A stretch of 64,000 bases of DNA. It comes from Eubacteriales bacterium. Its GTDB lineage: Bacteria; Bacillota; Clostridia; Oscillospirales; CAG-272. The notes beneath the pieces are model-generated. The model had not been told where the DNA came from, did not search any database, and was given only the letters and a program-made list of their open reading frames with translations. Shown piece after piece: positions 18,377 through 27,598 of the stretch. Position 1 is the stretch's first letter, and each line of letters begins with the position of its first letter. A program made the translations under genes and the position numbers. The stretch is from positions 536 to 64,535 of the forward strand of contig JAZSBE010000060.1 in assembly GCA_045602215.1 (NCBI GenBank), in the 5' to 3' direction.

Positions 18377-18883
18377 ATGCGAATACTTGGAATTGACCCA
18401 GGTCTTGCCATCGTAGGATGGGGGATCGTGGATTACGAAAAATCAAAATTTCATACCGTTGCCTACGGCGCGCTTCGCACGCAGGCAGGGCTTTGCACCG
18501 AGGAGCGGCTTGAGCTGATCTACAAAGGGATGTGCGAGCTGCTGGAAAAATATCGCCCCGATGCGATCTCGATTGAGGAATTATTCTTCAACACCAACAT
18601 CACCACCGGTATCCGCGTGGCGGAGGCAAGGGGGGTACTGTTGCTTGCGGCAAGGCAATTTGGCGCGGAGATTCAGGAATACACCCCCTTGCAGGTCAAG
18701 CAGGCGGTGGTTGGATATGGTCGCGCCGAGAAGAAGCAGGTCATGTCGATGGTGACGATGCTGCTCGGGCTGAAGGAAACACCCAAGCCCGACGATACGG
18801 CAGACGCGCTCGCGCTTGCGATTTGTCACGCGCACAGCGGCGGCTCTCGCTTGGCGAATTATTACAACAAGAGCACCATTTAG
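18377..18883 (+). CDS. ruvC: Crossover junction endodeoxyribonuclease RuvC
   Basis: MRILGIDPGLAIVGWGIVD is the canonical RuvC N-terminus. The ORF track starts 9 nt earlier, at 18368. Confidence 0.93.
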   Translation: MRILGIDPGLAIVGWGIVDYEKSKFHTVAYGALRTQAGLCTEERLELIYKGMCELLEKYRPDAISIEELFFNTNITTGIRVAEARGVLLLAARQFGAEIQEYTPLQVKQAVVGYGRAEKKQVMSMVTMLLGLKETPKPDDTADALALAICHAHSGGSRLANYYNKSTI

Positions 18884-18900
18884 AAAACGAGGAGAAGGAT

Positions 18901-19764
18901 ATGTGGGGAGCAGATAACTGGAAGGACTACGAGTTATTAGATACATCGGACGGAGAGAGATTGGAGAGATGGGGAGATTTGATCCTTATTCGACCCGATC
19001 CGCAGATCATTTGGAAGAACGTGGCGCGTCATCCTGCGTGGAAGCGCGCGGACGGCGTTTACCGCCGCTCAAAATCCGGCGGCGGAGGATGGGTCAAGAA
19101 CGACCTTCCGCAGGCGTGGAACATCTCCTACGGAGATCTGAAATTCGTTTTGCGTCCGATGGGATTCAAGCATACCGGACTTTTCCCTGAGCAGGCGGCA
19201 AACTGGGATTGGTTTGGCGGACTGATCCGTGAGGCAAACCGCCCCATCAAGGTGCTCAATCTCTTTGCCTATACGGGTGGCGCGACGGTCGCGGCGGCAA
19301 AGGCGGGAGCCTCCGTCGTTCACGTGGATGCCGCCAAGGGAATCGTTGCGCAGGCGAAGGAAAACGCCGCGTTGTCGGGGCTTTCGGATGCGCCCATCCG
19401 CTATATCGTGGATGACTGTAAAAAGTTTGTGGAAAGAGAGATCCGTCGCGGAAACCGATACGACGGCATTATCATGGATCCGCCTTCCTACGGCAGAGGT
19501 CCCGGGGGAGAGGTCTGGAAGCTGGAGGAAAGCATCGACGAGCTGATCACCTTGGCGTCTCAGCTTTTGTCGGATGAGCCCCTGTTCTTCCTCGTGAACT
19601 CTTACACGACGGGGCTGTCTCCCCTTACCATGAGCTACATCATGGATCTCAAGATCCGTCAACGATTTGGCGGACGGATCGAATCGGGCGAGCTTGGACT
19701 GCGCGTGACGCAAACGGGCGCATACCTGCCTTGCGGCGCAAGCTCACGCTGGTTTGCAAAATGA
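18901..19764 (+). CDS. Class I SAM-dependent (rRNA-type) methyltransferase
   Basis: Motif I LNLFAYTGGATVAAAKAG and DPPSYGRG are typical of RlmI/YwbD-like methyltransferases. The ATG at 18901 follows GGAGAAGGA; the longer track ORF overlaps ruvC. Confidence 0.8.
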   Translation: MWGADNWKDYELLDTSDGERLERWGDLILIRPDPQIIWKNVARHPAWKRADGVYRRSKSGGGGWVKNDLPQAWNISYGDLKFVLRPMGFKHTGLFPEQAANWDWFGGLIREANRPIKVLNLFAYTGGATVAAAKAGASVVHVDAAKGIVAQAKENAALSGLSDAPIRYIVDDCKKFVEREIRRGNRYDGIIMDPPSYGRGPGGEVWKLEESIDELITLASQLLSDEPLFFLVNSYTTGLSPLTMSYIMDLKIRQRFGGRIESGELGLRVTQTGAYLPCGASSRWFAK

Positions 19765-19788
19765 TGATCTGAGAAAGGAACTCCTATT

Positions 19789-20652
19789 TTGACTGAGTCT
19801 GAATTGTTTATTCATGCGGAGCATTTGTGCTTCTTTTACGAGGACGATACAAGGCATCCTGCCGTGAGAGATATTTCTTTGGATATTCGGCGCGGAGAAT
19901 ACGTTGCGATCCTTGGACACAACGGATCGGGAAAATCCACCTTTGCAAAGCTTCTCAATCAAATTCTTGAGCCGACGTCGGGCAAGCTCGTGGTCGGAGG
20001 GGTCGATCTGACCTCGAGTGAACTGACCGAGGAGGAGCTTCTGGCGCACAGACGCCGCGTGGGAATGGTTTTCCAGAACCCCGATAATCAGTTGGTTGCG
20101 ACCTTGGTTGAGGAGGACGTTGCGTTCGGGCCCGAAAATCTCGGCGTGCCGCTCCCCGAGCTGCGGGAGAGGGTAGACCGCGCGTTGGAAACGGTGGGGA
20201 TGACCGAATTTGCCTCTCGCGAGCCCCATCACCTGTCGGGCGGACAGAAGCAGCGCGTGGCGATCGCAGGCGTCATTGCCATGATGCCCGAATGTATCAT
20301 CTTTGACGAATCGACTGCAATGCTCGATCCGCTTGGACGGCGAGAGGTTCTGGACACCATTTCCACCCTGAACCGTGAGCATGGGATCACCATTCTCAAC
20401 ATCACCCACTATATGAACGAGGCGGCGCTCGCTGACCGCGTAGTCGTGGTCAACGACGGCGAGATCATCATGGACGGAACACCCGACGAGGTGTTTGCAA
20501 GACGGGATGAGCTCAGACTCGTGGGACTTGAGGTCCCGCAGTGCTCGGAAGCGATTCACCGCTTGCGCGCTGCAGGGATTGTGCTGGATGGAAAGGGGCT
20601 TTCCACGGTCGAGACTTGCGCCGATCAGATCCTGAGGGCGTTTGGAAAGTGA
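19789..20652 (+). CDS. ecfA1: Energy-coupling factor transporter ATPase EcfA1
   Basis: Walker A GHNGSGKST, FQNPDNQ, LSGGQKQRVAIAG, IIFDEST. TTG start. First gene of the ecfA1-ecfA2-ecfT-truA cluster. Confidence 0.9.
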   Translation: MTESELFIHAEHLCFFYEDDTRHPAVRDISLDIRRGEYVAILGHNGSGKSTFAKLLNQILEPTSGKLVVGGVDLTSSELTEEELLAHRRRVGMVFQNPDNQLVATLVEEDVAFGPENLGVPLPELRERVDRALETVGMTEFASREPHHLSGGQKQRVAIAGVIAMMPECIIFDESTAMLDPLGRREVLDTISTLNREHGITILNITHYMNEAALADRVVVVNDGEIIMDGTPDEVFARRDELRLVGLEVPQCSEAIHRLRAAGIVLDGKGLSTVETCADQILRAFGK

Positions 20653-20682
20653 TCCGCAAAAACGAAAGGAACCGTTTGGTGA

Positions 20683-21648
20683 ATGGATAAAATTGTTTTA
20701 GAAAAGGTTTCATATATTTACGGCGAGGGAACTCCCTTTGAGAGCCGCGCGTTGGATGACGTGAGCCTTTCCATCAAGGAAGGGAAGATTACGGGTATCA
20801 TCGGGCACACGGGCTCGGGAAAGTCCACCATGATGCAGCTTCTCAACGGTCTGACCAAGCCAACGGAGGGAAAGGTTTTCCTCGACGGACAGGACATCAA
20901 TATTGAGTGGAAGGACGCGATTGCGCAATGGTCGGAGCTGCCGGCATATTCCGATTTGAAGCCGAGGCAGAGGAAAAAGGCGATCCGTGAGGAGATCAAG
21001 CGCCGCCGACGCGAGCTTTGCTTCCGCGTGGGACTGGTGATGCAGTATCCCGAGTATCAGTTGTTTGAGGAAACCGTTTATAAGGATATTGCGTTTGGCC
21101 CGACGAATATGGGACTTTCCTCAGAGGAGATCGACAAGCGCGTGCGTGAGGCGGCTCGTTTCACGGGGATCGCCGACGCGTGGTTGGATAAATCTCCGTT
21201 CGATCTTTCGGGTGGACAGAAACGCCGCGTGTCGATCGCAGGCGTGATGGCAATGAGACCTGATGTGCTGGTTCTTGATGAGCCCGCGGCAGGGCTTGAC
21301 CCCAAGGGAAGACGGCAGATCTTTGATACGGTGGTGGAATATCAGAAGCAGACGGGTACGACCGTTCTGATCGTCAGCCACAGTATGGAGGATATGGCGC
21401 AGTATTGCGATGAGATCGTGGTGCTCTCAAACGGAAAAATCATTCTGCAGGGAGATCGCGAGGCGGTTTTCTCGCAGTCGGAGCTTCTTGAGCAGGTGGG
21501 ACTGGATATCCCGCAGATCACGCGCTTGACGGCAATTTTGCGCGAGGGCGGGATCGAGCTTCCCAAAAACATTTATACGGTTGATCGCGCAGTCGAGCTT
21601 CTGTGCGAGCAATATGCCATTTTGAAGGACAAAGGAAGTCATATATGA
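20683..21648 (+). CDS. ecfA2: Energy-coupling factor transporter ATPase EcfA2 (with internal basic insertion)
   Basis: GHTGSGKST, QYPEYQLFEETV, LSGGQKRRVSIAG, LVLDEPAAGLD. About 40 extra residues lie between the Walker A region and the Q-loop. Confidence 0.9.
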   Translation: MDKIVLEKVSYIYGEGTPFESRALDDVSLSIKEGKITGIIGHTGSGKSTMMQLLNGLTKPTEGKVFLDGQDINIEWKDAIAQWSELPAYSDLKPRQRKKAIREEIKRRRRELCFRVGLVMQYPEYQLFEETVYKDIAFGPTNMGLSSEEIDKRVREAARFTGIADAWLDKSPFDLSGGQKRRVSIAGVMAMRPDVLVLDEPAAGLDPKGRRQIFDTVVEYQKQTGTTVLIVSHSMEDMAQYCDEIVVLSNGKIILQGDREAVFSQSELLEQVGLDIPQITRLTAILREGGIELPKNIYTVDRAVELLCEQYAILKDKGSHI

Positions 21649-22469
21649 AAAATATTGCATTTGGGCAATACTATCCCGTGGATTCTGTGATTCACCGCAT
21701 GGATCCGAGAGCAAAGGTCGTGATGGCGATGCTTTATATCGTTTGCACCTTCATCTGCAAAAACACCTTTGCTTTTGCGCTTCTGTCGGTAGTGACCGTG
21801 ATCTCGGTGCTCTTCAGCCGCATTCCCTTGAAGACGGTTTTGCAGAGCATCAAGCCATTGCTCTTTATTTTGATTCTGACCTCGTTTATCAACGTTTTTA
21901 TGACGTCGGGAGAGCATCTTTTGACCCCCGAGCATTGGCGTGTCAAAATATATGAAGAGGGGCTCTGGAACGCCTTGTTTATGGTGCTGCGAATCGTCGC
22001 GCTTCTGATCTCTACAGGCGTGTTCCTCTCCTTTACGACGACACCGATCGCGCTGACCGATGCCATGGAGCAGCTTTTGTCTCCGCTGAAAAAAATCCGC
22101 GTTCCCGTTCACGATATCGCCATGATGACCACCATTGCCATGCGCTTTATTCCGACCTTGATGGAGGAGACCGAAAAGATCATGAATGCGCAAAAATCCA
22201 GAGGCGCGAATTTTCAGAGCGGCGGACTTGTACAGAGAGCAAAGGCGTTGTTGCCTGTTTTCATTCCACTCCTCAGCTCTGCCTTCAAGCGCGCAGACGA
22301 ATTGGCAAACGCCATGGATTGCCGTTGCTATAACGGCGGAGAGGGAAGAACCAAGCTCAAGGTTCTGCATCTTCAAAGCTCCGATATCGTTGGCGTGATC
22401 CTGATCGTGATTTTGGGTGTCGGAATTGTGGCCTTGAACCGAGTTGGAATCGGTTATACGATGAGATGA
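21645..22469 (+). CDS. ecfT: Energy-coupling factor transporter transmembrane protein EcfT
   Basis: Starts MKNIAFGQYYPVDSVIHRMDPR.K in an ATGA overlap with the ecfA2 stop. Polytopic protein of CbiQ/EcfT type. Confidence 0.9.
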   Translation: MKNIAFGQYYPVDSVIHRMDPRAKVVMAMLYIVCTFICKNTFAFALLSVVTVISVLFSRIPLKTVLQSIKPLLFILILTSFINVFMTSGEHLLTPEHWRVKIYEEGLWNALFMVLRIVALLISTGVFLSFTTTPIALTDAMEQLLSPLKKIRVPVHDIAMMTTIAMRFIPTLMEETEKIMNAQKSRGANFQSGGLVQRAKALLPVFIPLLSSAFKRADELANAMDCRCYNGGEGRTKLKVLHLQSSDIVGVILIVILGVGIVALNRVGIGYTMR

Positions 22470-22470
22470 T

Positions 22471-23268
22471 ATGAAGATATTGATTAAAATTGCCTATGAC
22501 GGCTCCGCTTATTGCGGATATCAGGTGCAGCCCAACGGTGTGACCGTTCAGCAAAGGCTGAATGAGGCGGCAGAGGCTGTCTTCGGCTATCCCTGCGATA
22601 TCGTTGGGTGCAGCCGTACGGACAGCGGCGTTCATGCGATGGAGTTTTGTGCGACCGTGGCGAAAAAGGGGCAGGAGAATCTGCAGACCTCCATCCCGAT
22701 TGAAAGGATCCCCTTGGCAATGTCCGCCCATCTTCCCGCGGATATCAGCGTTTACGATGCTACGTGGGTGTCGGACGCCTTTCACGCGCGGTATGACGTG
22801 ATGCAAAAGGAATATCTCTATCGCATTTATAACCGCCCCGTTCGCTCTCCCTTTGAGGAGGGGAGATCCTGTCATTTGCCGAAGCGATTTTCAAACGAGG
22901 ATCTTCGGAGAATGCAGGAGGCGGCAAAATGCTTTGTTGGAGAGCATGATTTCACCTCCTACATGGCGCAGGGGTCAAAGATCACCGACTGTGTCAGGAC
23001 GATCACCGAGTCTGAGGTGACGCGTGAGGGGGACGTGATCCTTTACCGCGTTCGCGCAAATGGCTTTTTGTATCATATGGTGCGGATCCTGACGGGAACC
23101 TTGGTCGCGGTTGGCGAGGGAAAGCTTTTCCCTGCTGACATTCCGTCCGTGACCGAAGCAAGAAACAGAGCACTGGCGGGCATTACGATGCCGCCGGAGG
23201 GCTTGTATCTTCACCGTGTGATCTACCCCGAGGACTGCTTGCGCTCGGATTGGGAGGGAAGACCTTGA
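22471..23268 (+). CDS. truA: tRNA pseudouridine(38-40) synthase TruA
   Basis: IAYDGS.Y.GYQ.QPNG.TVQ..L and GCSRTDSGVHA (catalytic Asp). Canonical position after ecfT. Confidence 0.93.
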   Translation: MKILIKIAYDGSAYCGYQVQPNGVTVQQRLNEAAEAVFGYPCDIVGCSRTDSGVHAMEFCATVAKKGQENLQTSIPIERIPLAMSAHLPADISVYDATWVSDAFHARYDVMQKEYLYRIYNRPVRSPFEEGRSCHLPKRFSNEDLRRMQEAAKCFVGEHDFTSYMAQGSKITDCVRTITESEVTREGDVILYRVRANGFLYHMVRILTGTLVAVGEGKLFPADIPSVTEARNRALAGITMPPEGLYLHRVIYPEDCLRSDWEGRP

Positions 23269-24482
23269 AGACGTTTGAAAAGAAAAGGCGGTCATCACAG
23301 AAAACGCCGATTGATCTCTCTGCTCCACAAAATGAGTACTACGAGGCGGTCTCGGAACGGTGCGGGGCAGTTCAGGTCTTCTTGTATCTGATCCTTTTGG
23401 CGTTCGTTGCCGTGTCCTTCCTGATGAATACCGATCTGATCACCTATCAGAATCTCTATTATTTCGTAAAGGATCTTAATGCGGCGACCGAGACGGTGGA
23501 CGTATTGCACACCGATTCGATCAGTTATCCCACCGATACCTCCCAAAGCTTTGCGCTTTACCGCCAAGGGCTTGCGGTGGCGGGGAACACATCCGTTACC
23601 ATTTTCACGGCATCGGGGAGACAGACGGTGAGCCAGAACGTGCAGTATCAGAATCCTGTTGCGGTTGGCACGGGAAAGTATCTGTTGGTCTACGAGCTGG
23701 ACGGAACGTCATATTCCTTGTATAATTCCTATACGCAGATTCATACGGGAAAGACAGAGTCTCCCATTCGCTGTGCGACGATGTCTGATTGCGGAATGTA
23801 CGCCATCGTGACCGAATCGGAGGAATACGCCTCGGTGGTCAGGCTTTACAGCAGAAGCTTTGAGCCCATCAACCAATATCGCTACAACGGATACGTGACC
23901 GACGTTGCGATCAACGCAAAGGGAACCTATCTTTCGGTTCTGATGACCCGCATGGAAAACGGCGCGCTCGTGACGGGCTTGAACGTCTACGAGCCTAAAA
24001 AGGATACCATACACGCGCAGTATGAGATCGGAAACGGACTTGGCGTTCGCTGCGGATTCACCGATTCGGATGTTGTCACGGTTTTGAGCGGAGACGGCGT
24101 TTATTCGGTGTCGGTTGGTGGAAAACTGATTTCGGAATACCGCTTTGAAGGAAAAAATATTAAGGGGTTTGATCTGTCGGATGACGGGTGCGCCGTGGTC
24201 TTGAAAGGAAACGGAAGCATCACCGATCAACAGGTCGTCATCTTCGATAAGAAGGGAAAAATCAAGCATCAGAGCGAGGTTGAGCAAACGGTGCAATCGG
24301 TCGTTGTAAACAACGGAAACGCTTATCTGATGTGTTCCGACGGACTTCTGCGGATTCAGGGCGCAGACGGACATCGGACGTTTGTCAACTGTGTAACGGA
24401 AGGACGCGTCCTTCTTGTAACAAATGAGGGGCGAGCGATGCTTTGCTCGCCGCAAAAGGCTACTTATGAAAACTTTACTTAA
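23265..24482 (+). CDS. Conserved hypothetical membrane-anchored protein (single N-terminal TM, beta-rich extracytoplasmic domain)
   Basis: There is no ATG near the 5' end. The TTG at 23265 lies 8 nt after GGGAGGG and overlaps the truA TGA (cTTGAag). One TM helix (VQVFLYLILLAFVAVSFLM). The remainder is repetitive and beta-strand-like. I recognise no family signature. Confidence 0.55.
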   Translation: MKTFEKKRRSSQKTPIDLSAPQNEYYEAVSERCGAVQVFLYLILLAFVAVSFLMNTDLITYQNLYYFVKDLNAATETVDVLHTDSISYPTDTSQSFALYRQGLAVAGNTSVTIFTASGRQTVSQNVQYQNPVAVGTGKYLLVYELDGTSYSLYNSYTQIHTGKTESPIRCATMSDCGMYAIVTESEEYASVVRLYSRSFEPINQYRYNGYVTDVAINAKGTYLSVLMTRMENGALVTGLNVYEPKKDTIHAQYEIGNGLGVRCGFTDSDVVTVLSGDGVYSVSVGGKLISEYRFEGKNIKGFDLSDDGCAVVLKGNGSITDQQVVIFDKKGKIKHQSEVEQTVQSVVVNNGNAYLMCSDGLLRIQGADGHRTFVNCVTEGRVLLVTNEGRAMLCSPQKATYENFT

Positions 24483-24503
24483 GACTTGAGAGGAGTTGTA
24501 ATT

Positions 24504-25208
24504 ATGCAATTGTTTGACTGGCTGTTTTTGGGATTTGGAATTTTGCTCATCGCGATCTGTGCAAAAAGAGGTTTTTTGCTTACCCTTTTGAAATTCTTCA
24601 AAATGATTCTGTCTGTTCTGGCGGCAAGCCTGCTGGGGAGCAAGGTCGGTGCGTTTTTTGGAGAAAAAATCTTCAATCCGATCATTCGCAAGTCGGTTTA
24701 TGAAACGGTCAACCGTGTTTATGAGAGCACCACAGAGGAGCTTGGCTCAAAGGTGAGCGCAGAAGTTCTTCCCAAGTATCTGCAGACCGACGCAATGCGC
24801 GAGAAATTGGATTCCCTTGAGGGAAGCGGCGAGGAGCTGGTGAACTCAGTGACCGATACCGTTTCCGGCGCAATCTCCTCGGTCGTGTGCGGCATTGTCG
24901 GCTTTGTTCTCACGTTCGTGTTGGCGTTCTTGCTTCTTTCCGTCGTCTATATCGTCATCAAGAACATGAGAAGCTCGTATCAGACCTTTGGCGTTGCAGA
25001 CTCGGTTTGCGGCGGTATTTTGGGCTTTGTTTTTGCGTTTGCTGTGTTGTTGTTCGCAGGCTCGCTCCTCAAGTTCTTCCTTGGCAATCAGCCTCTCTAC
25101 ACAGATTCCACCATCGTAAAATTCTTTGGTGAATCCGACCTGCTTGACTCCCTCAAATTCCTTGATCCCGGAGAAATGCTCAAGAATTTGGCGGAATCAA
25201 AGGTCTGA
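24504..25208 (+). CDS. cvpA: CvpA-family membrane protein
   Basis: MQLFDWLFLGFGILLIAICAKRGFLLTLLKF is a CvpA-like N-terminus, with 4 TM segments. The ATG at 24504 lies 8 nt after GAGAGGAG. Confidence 0.7.
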   Translation: MQLFDWLFLGFGILLIAICAKRGFLLTLLKFFKMILSVLAASLLGSKVGAFFGEKIFNPIIRKSVYETVNRVYESTTEELGSKVSAEVLPKYLQTDAMREKLDSLEGSGEELVNSVTDTVSGAISSVVCGIVGFVLTFVLAFLLLSVVYIVIKNMRSSYQTFGVADSVCGGILGFVFAFAVLLFAGSLLKFFLGNQPLYTDSTIVKFFGESDLLDSLKFLDPGEMLKNLAESKV

Positions 25209-25270
25209 ATGACTTGATTTGATCGCTTATTTATCAGAAAGGATCCGAACGTTCGGAAATTTCATTTTTT

Positions 25271-27592
25271 ATGACCATGTGTTCAAAGTGCCACAAGCGT
25301 GTGGCAGTCGTTTTTATGACAAAGATGGAGAACGGCGAAAAAACCACCAAGGGCTTTTGCATCAAGTGTGCAAAGGAGTTTGGCGTACCCGTTGACAATA
25401 TCATGGGAAACATGATCGAGCAGCTCGGGATCTCTCCCGAGCAGCTTGAGAGCGCGGAAAATGATCTGATGGCGATGCTTGGGGGAGATGCTAATCTTCC
25501 TTCCGAGTGCGACGACAACGAGGAGGGCGGCGCGCCTGCGATCGATCTTCCGAAGATTTTCCGCGATTCCGGGCTTGTGCAGATGAACGGCGGAAACGTC
25601 GATTCGAGCATCCCTCAGAACGAGAAGACAAAGGATAAGAAAAAGGCAAAGGAAGAAAAGAAGCTGAAGTTTCTGACTACCTATTGCCGCAATTTGACAC
25701 GCTTTGCGCGAGAGGGAAAGCTGGATAACATCATCGGCAGAGACAAGGAATTGGCTCGTGTGATCCAGATCCTTTGCCGCCGTCAGAAGAACAATCCCTG
25801 CCTGATCGGCGAGCCGGGCGTTGGTAAAACCGCTATTGCTGAGGCTCTGGCGATCCGAATTGCGGCGGGAAACGTGCCCTACAAGCTGAAGAACAAGGAG
25901 ATCTACCTTGTGGATATGACGGCTCTGGTTGCAGGAACGCAGTTCCGCGGTCAGTTTGAGTCGCGTATTTTGGGACTTCTCTCTGAGGTTCATGCGGTTG
26001 GAAACGCGATCCTCGTGATTGACGAGGTTCACAACATCGTCGGAACGGGCGAGGCAGAGGGAAGCGTCAATGCTGCAAACATCCTTAAGCCCGCGCTCTC
26101 TCGCGGAGAGGTGCAGGTCATCGGCGCAACCACCCTGACCGAATACCGCAAATATATCGAGAAGGATACGGCGCTTGAGCGCCGCTTCCAGCCTGTGACG
26201 GTTGAGGAGCCGAGCATTGAAGATGCCGTTGAGATGCTGCAGGGCATCAAGCACTATTACGAGGAATACCACGGTGTCGTCATTCCCGATGAGATTTTAA
26301 GACGTACGGTCATTCTCTCGGAGAGATATATTACCGACCGTTTTCTGCCCGACAAGGCGATAGACCTTTTGGATGAGGCGGCGTCCTTCCTCTCGCTTTC
26401 CTCGGCAGAGCTGAACGAGACCTACTCCATTCGTGACCGTCTGCTCGTTCTCAAGGATCAAAGGGAAACGTTGGAAGCAGAGGTGGCAGGCAGTGAGACT
26501 ACGGAGGATCAACGGTACGAGGAGCTTTCCAAGATCCGTTCGGAGGAGCTCCGACTTTCCGCAAAGCTTGACGAGCTGGAGCCGAGAACCCGCGAGATCC
26601 TTTTGACCGAAAATGAGATCGCAAACGTGATCGAGCTTTGGACGGGTGTTCCTGCTACCAGCATTACCGAAAACGAATTTGAAAAGATTGATCAGCTTGA
26701 GGAAAGACTTCGCAGTCGCATTGTCGGTCAGGATCAGGCTGTGAGTGCGGTCGCGCGCGCCATCAAGAGAAACCGCGCGGGAATCTCCTACAAGAGAAAG
26801 CCGGTATCCTTTATTTTTGCAGGTCCTACGGGCGTTGGGAAAACAGAGCTTGTCAAGACGCTCGCAAACGATCTTTTCCATTCTCCCGAGACGCTGATCC
26901 GATTGGATATGTCCGAGTTTATGGAGAAGCATTCGGTTTCCAGAATCATCGGAGCCCCTCCCGGATACGTCGGATACGACGAGGCGGGACAGCTGACCGA
27001 AAAGATCCGTCGCAGACCCTATTCGATCGTGTTGTTTGATGAGATCGAAAAGGCGCACCCCGACGTTCTGAACGTGCTTTTGCAGATCCTCGATGACGGA
27101 AGAATCACTGATGCAAGAGGCAAGACGGTGAATTTTGAGAACACCGTAATCATTATGACCACCAATGCAGGATCGGACAGATCCTCTGCGATGGCGGGAT
27201 TCGCATCCGACGGTCAGAATGCGCGTGAGGCGCAGACCGAAAAGGCGCTCTCGAGCTTTTTGCGTCCCGAATTCCTCAACCGAGTTGACGAGATCATCAC
27301 CTTCCGCGCTTTAACCGAGGAGGATTTTGCCCGCATTGCCGAGATCATGCTTGGCGAATTGCAGATCGCTCTGGGCGAGAAGGGCATCCGCTTGGAGTAT
27401 TCCAAGGAGGCGGCTGCTCTGATTGCCAAAAACTCCTATTCGCAGAAGTTTGGCGCGCGGAATATGCGCCGCTATATTCAGCGTGAGGTGGAGGATCGCT
27501 TGGCGGAGCTGATTATTTCGGATTATCAAAAGAAGTTCACGGTGGCATCGGTAAAGGCAGACGGCGATCGCCTGCAGATTACCTGCCTGTAA
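25271..27592 (+). CDS. clpE: Class I Clp/Hsp100 AAA+ ATPase, ClpE-like (N-terminal C4 zinc ribbon, no Clp_N repeats)
   Basis: Two AAA modules ([15 protein letters not shown] and [17 protein letters not shown]), a coiled-coil middle domain, and N-terminal CSKCHK...x21...CIKCAK. Confidence 0.85.
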   Translation: MTMCSKCHKRVAVVFMTKMENGEKTTKGFCIKCAKEFGVPVDNIMGNMIEQLGISPEQLESAENDLMAMLGGDANLPSECDDNEEGGAPAIDLPKIFRDSGLVQMNGGNVDSSIPQNEKTKDKKKAKEEKKLKFLTTYCRNLTRFAREGKLDNIIGRDKELARVIQILCRRQKNNPCLIGEPGVGKTAIAEALAIRIAAGNVPYKLKNKEIYLVDMTALVAGTQFRGQFESRILGLLSEVHAVGNAILVIDEVHNIVGTGEAEGSVNAANILKPALSRGEVQVIGATTLTEYRKYIEKDTALERRFQPVTVEEPSIEDAVEMLQGIKHYYEEYHGVVIPDEILRRTVILSERYITDRFLPDKAIDLLDEAASFLSLSSAELNETYSIRDRLLVLKDQRETLEAEVAGSETTEDQRYEELSKIRSEELRLSAKLDELEPRTREILLTENEIANVIELWTGVPATSITENEFEKIDQLEERLRSRIVGQDQAVSAVARAIKRNRAGISYKRKPVSFIFAGPTGVGKTELVKTLANDLFHSPETLIRLDMSEFMEKHSVSRIIGAPPGYVGYDEAGQLTEKIRRRPYSIVLFDEIEKAHPDVLNVLLQILDDGRITDARGKTVNFENTVIIMTTNAGSDRSSAMAGFASDGQNAREAQTEKALSSFLRPEFLNRVDEIITFRALTEEDFARIAEIMLGELQIALGEKGIRLEYSKEAAALIAKNSYSQKFGARNMRRYIQREVEDRLAELIISDYQKKFTVASVKADGDRLQITCL

Positions 27593-27598
27593 CAAAAA

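Noticed and set aside
25209-25270. A CtsR or CIRCE (HrcA) operator upstream of the clpE-like gene.
   Set aside because: Neither the GGTCAAA direct repeat nor the TTAGCACTC-N9-GAGTGCTAA element is present. Only the unrelated 14-bp palindrome was found, and it is reported separately.
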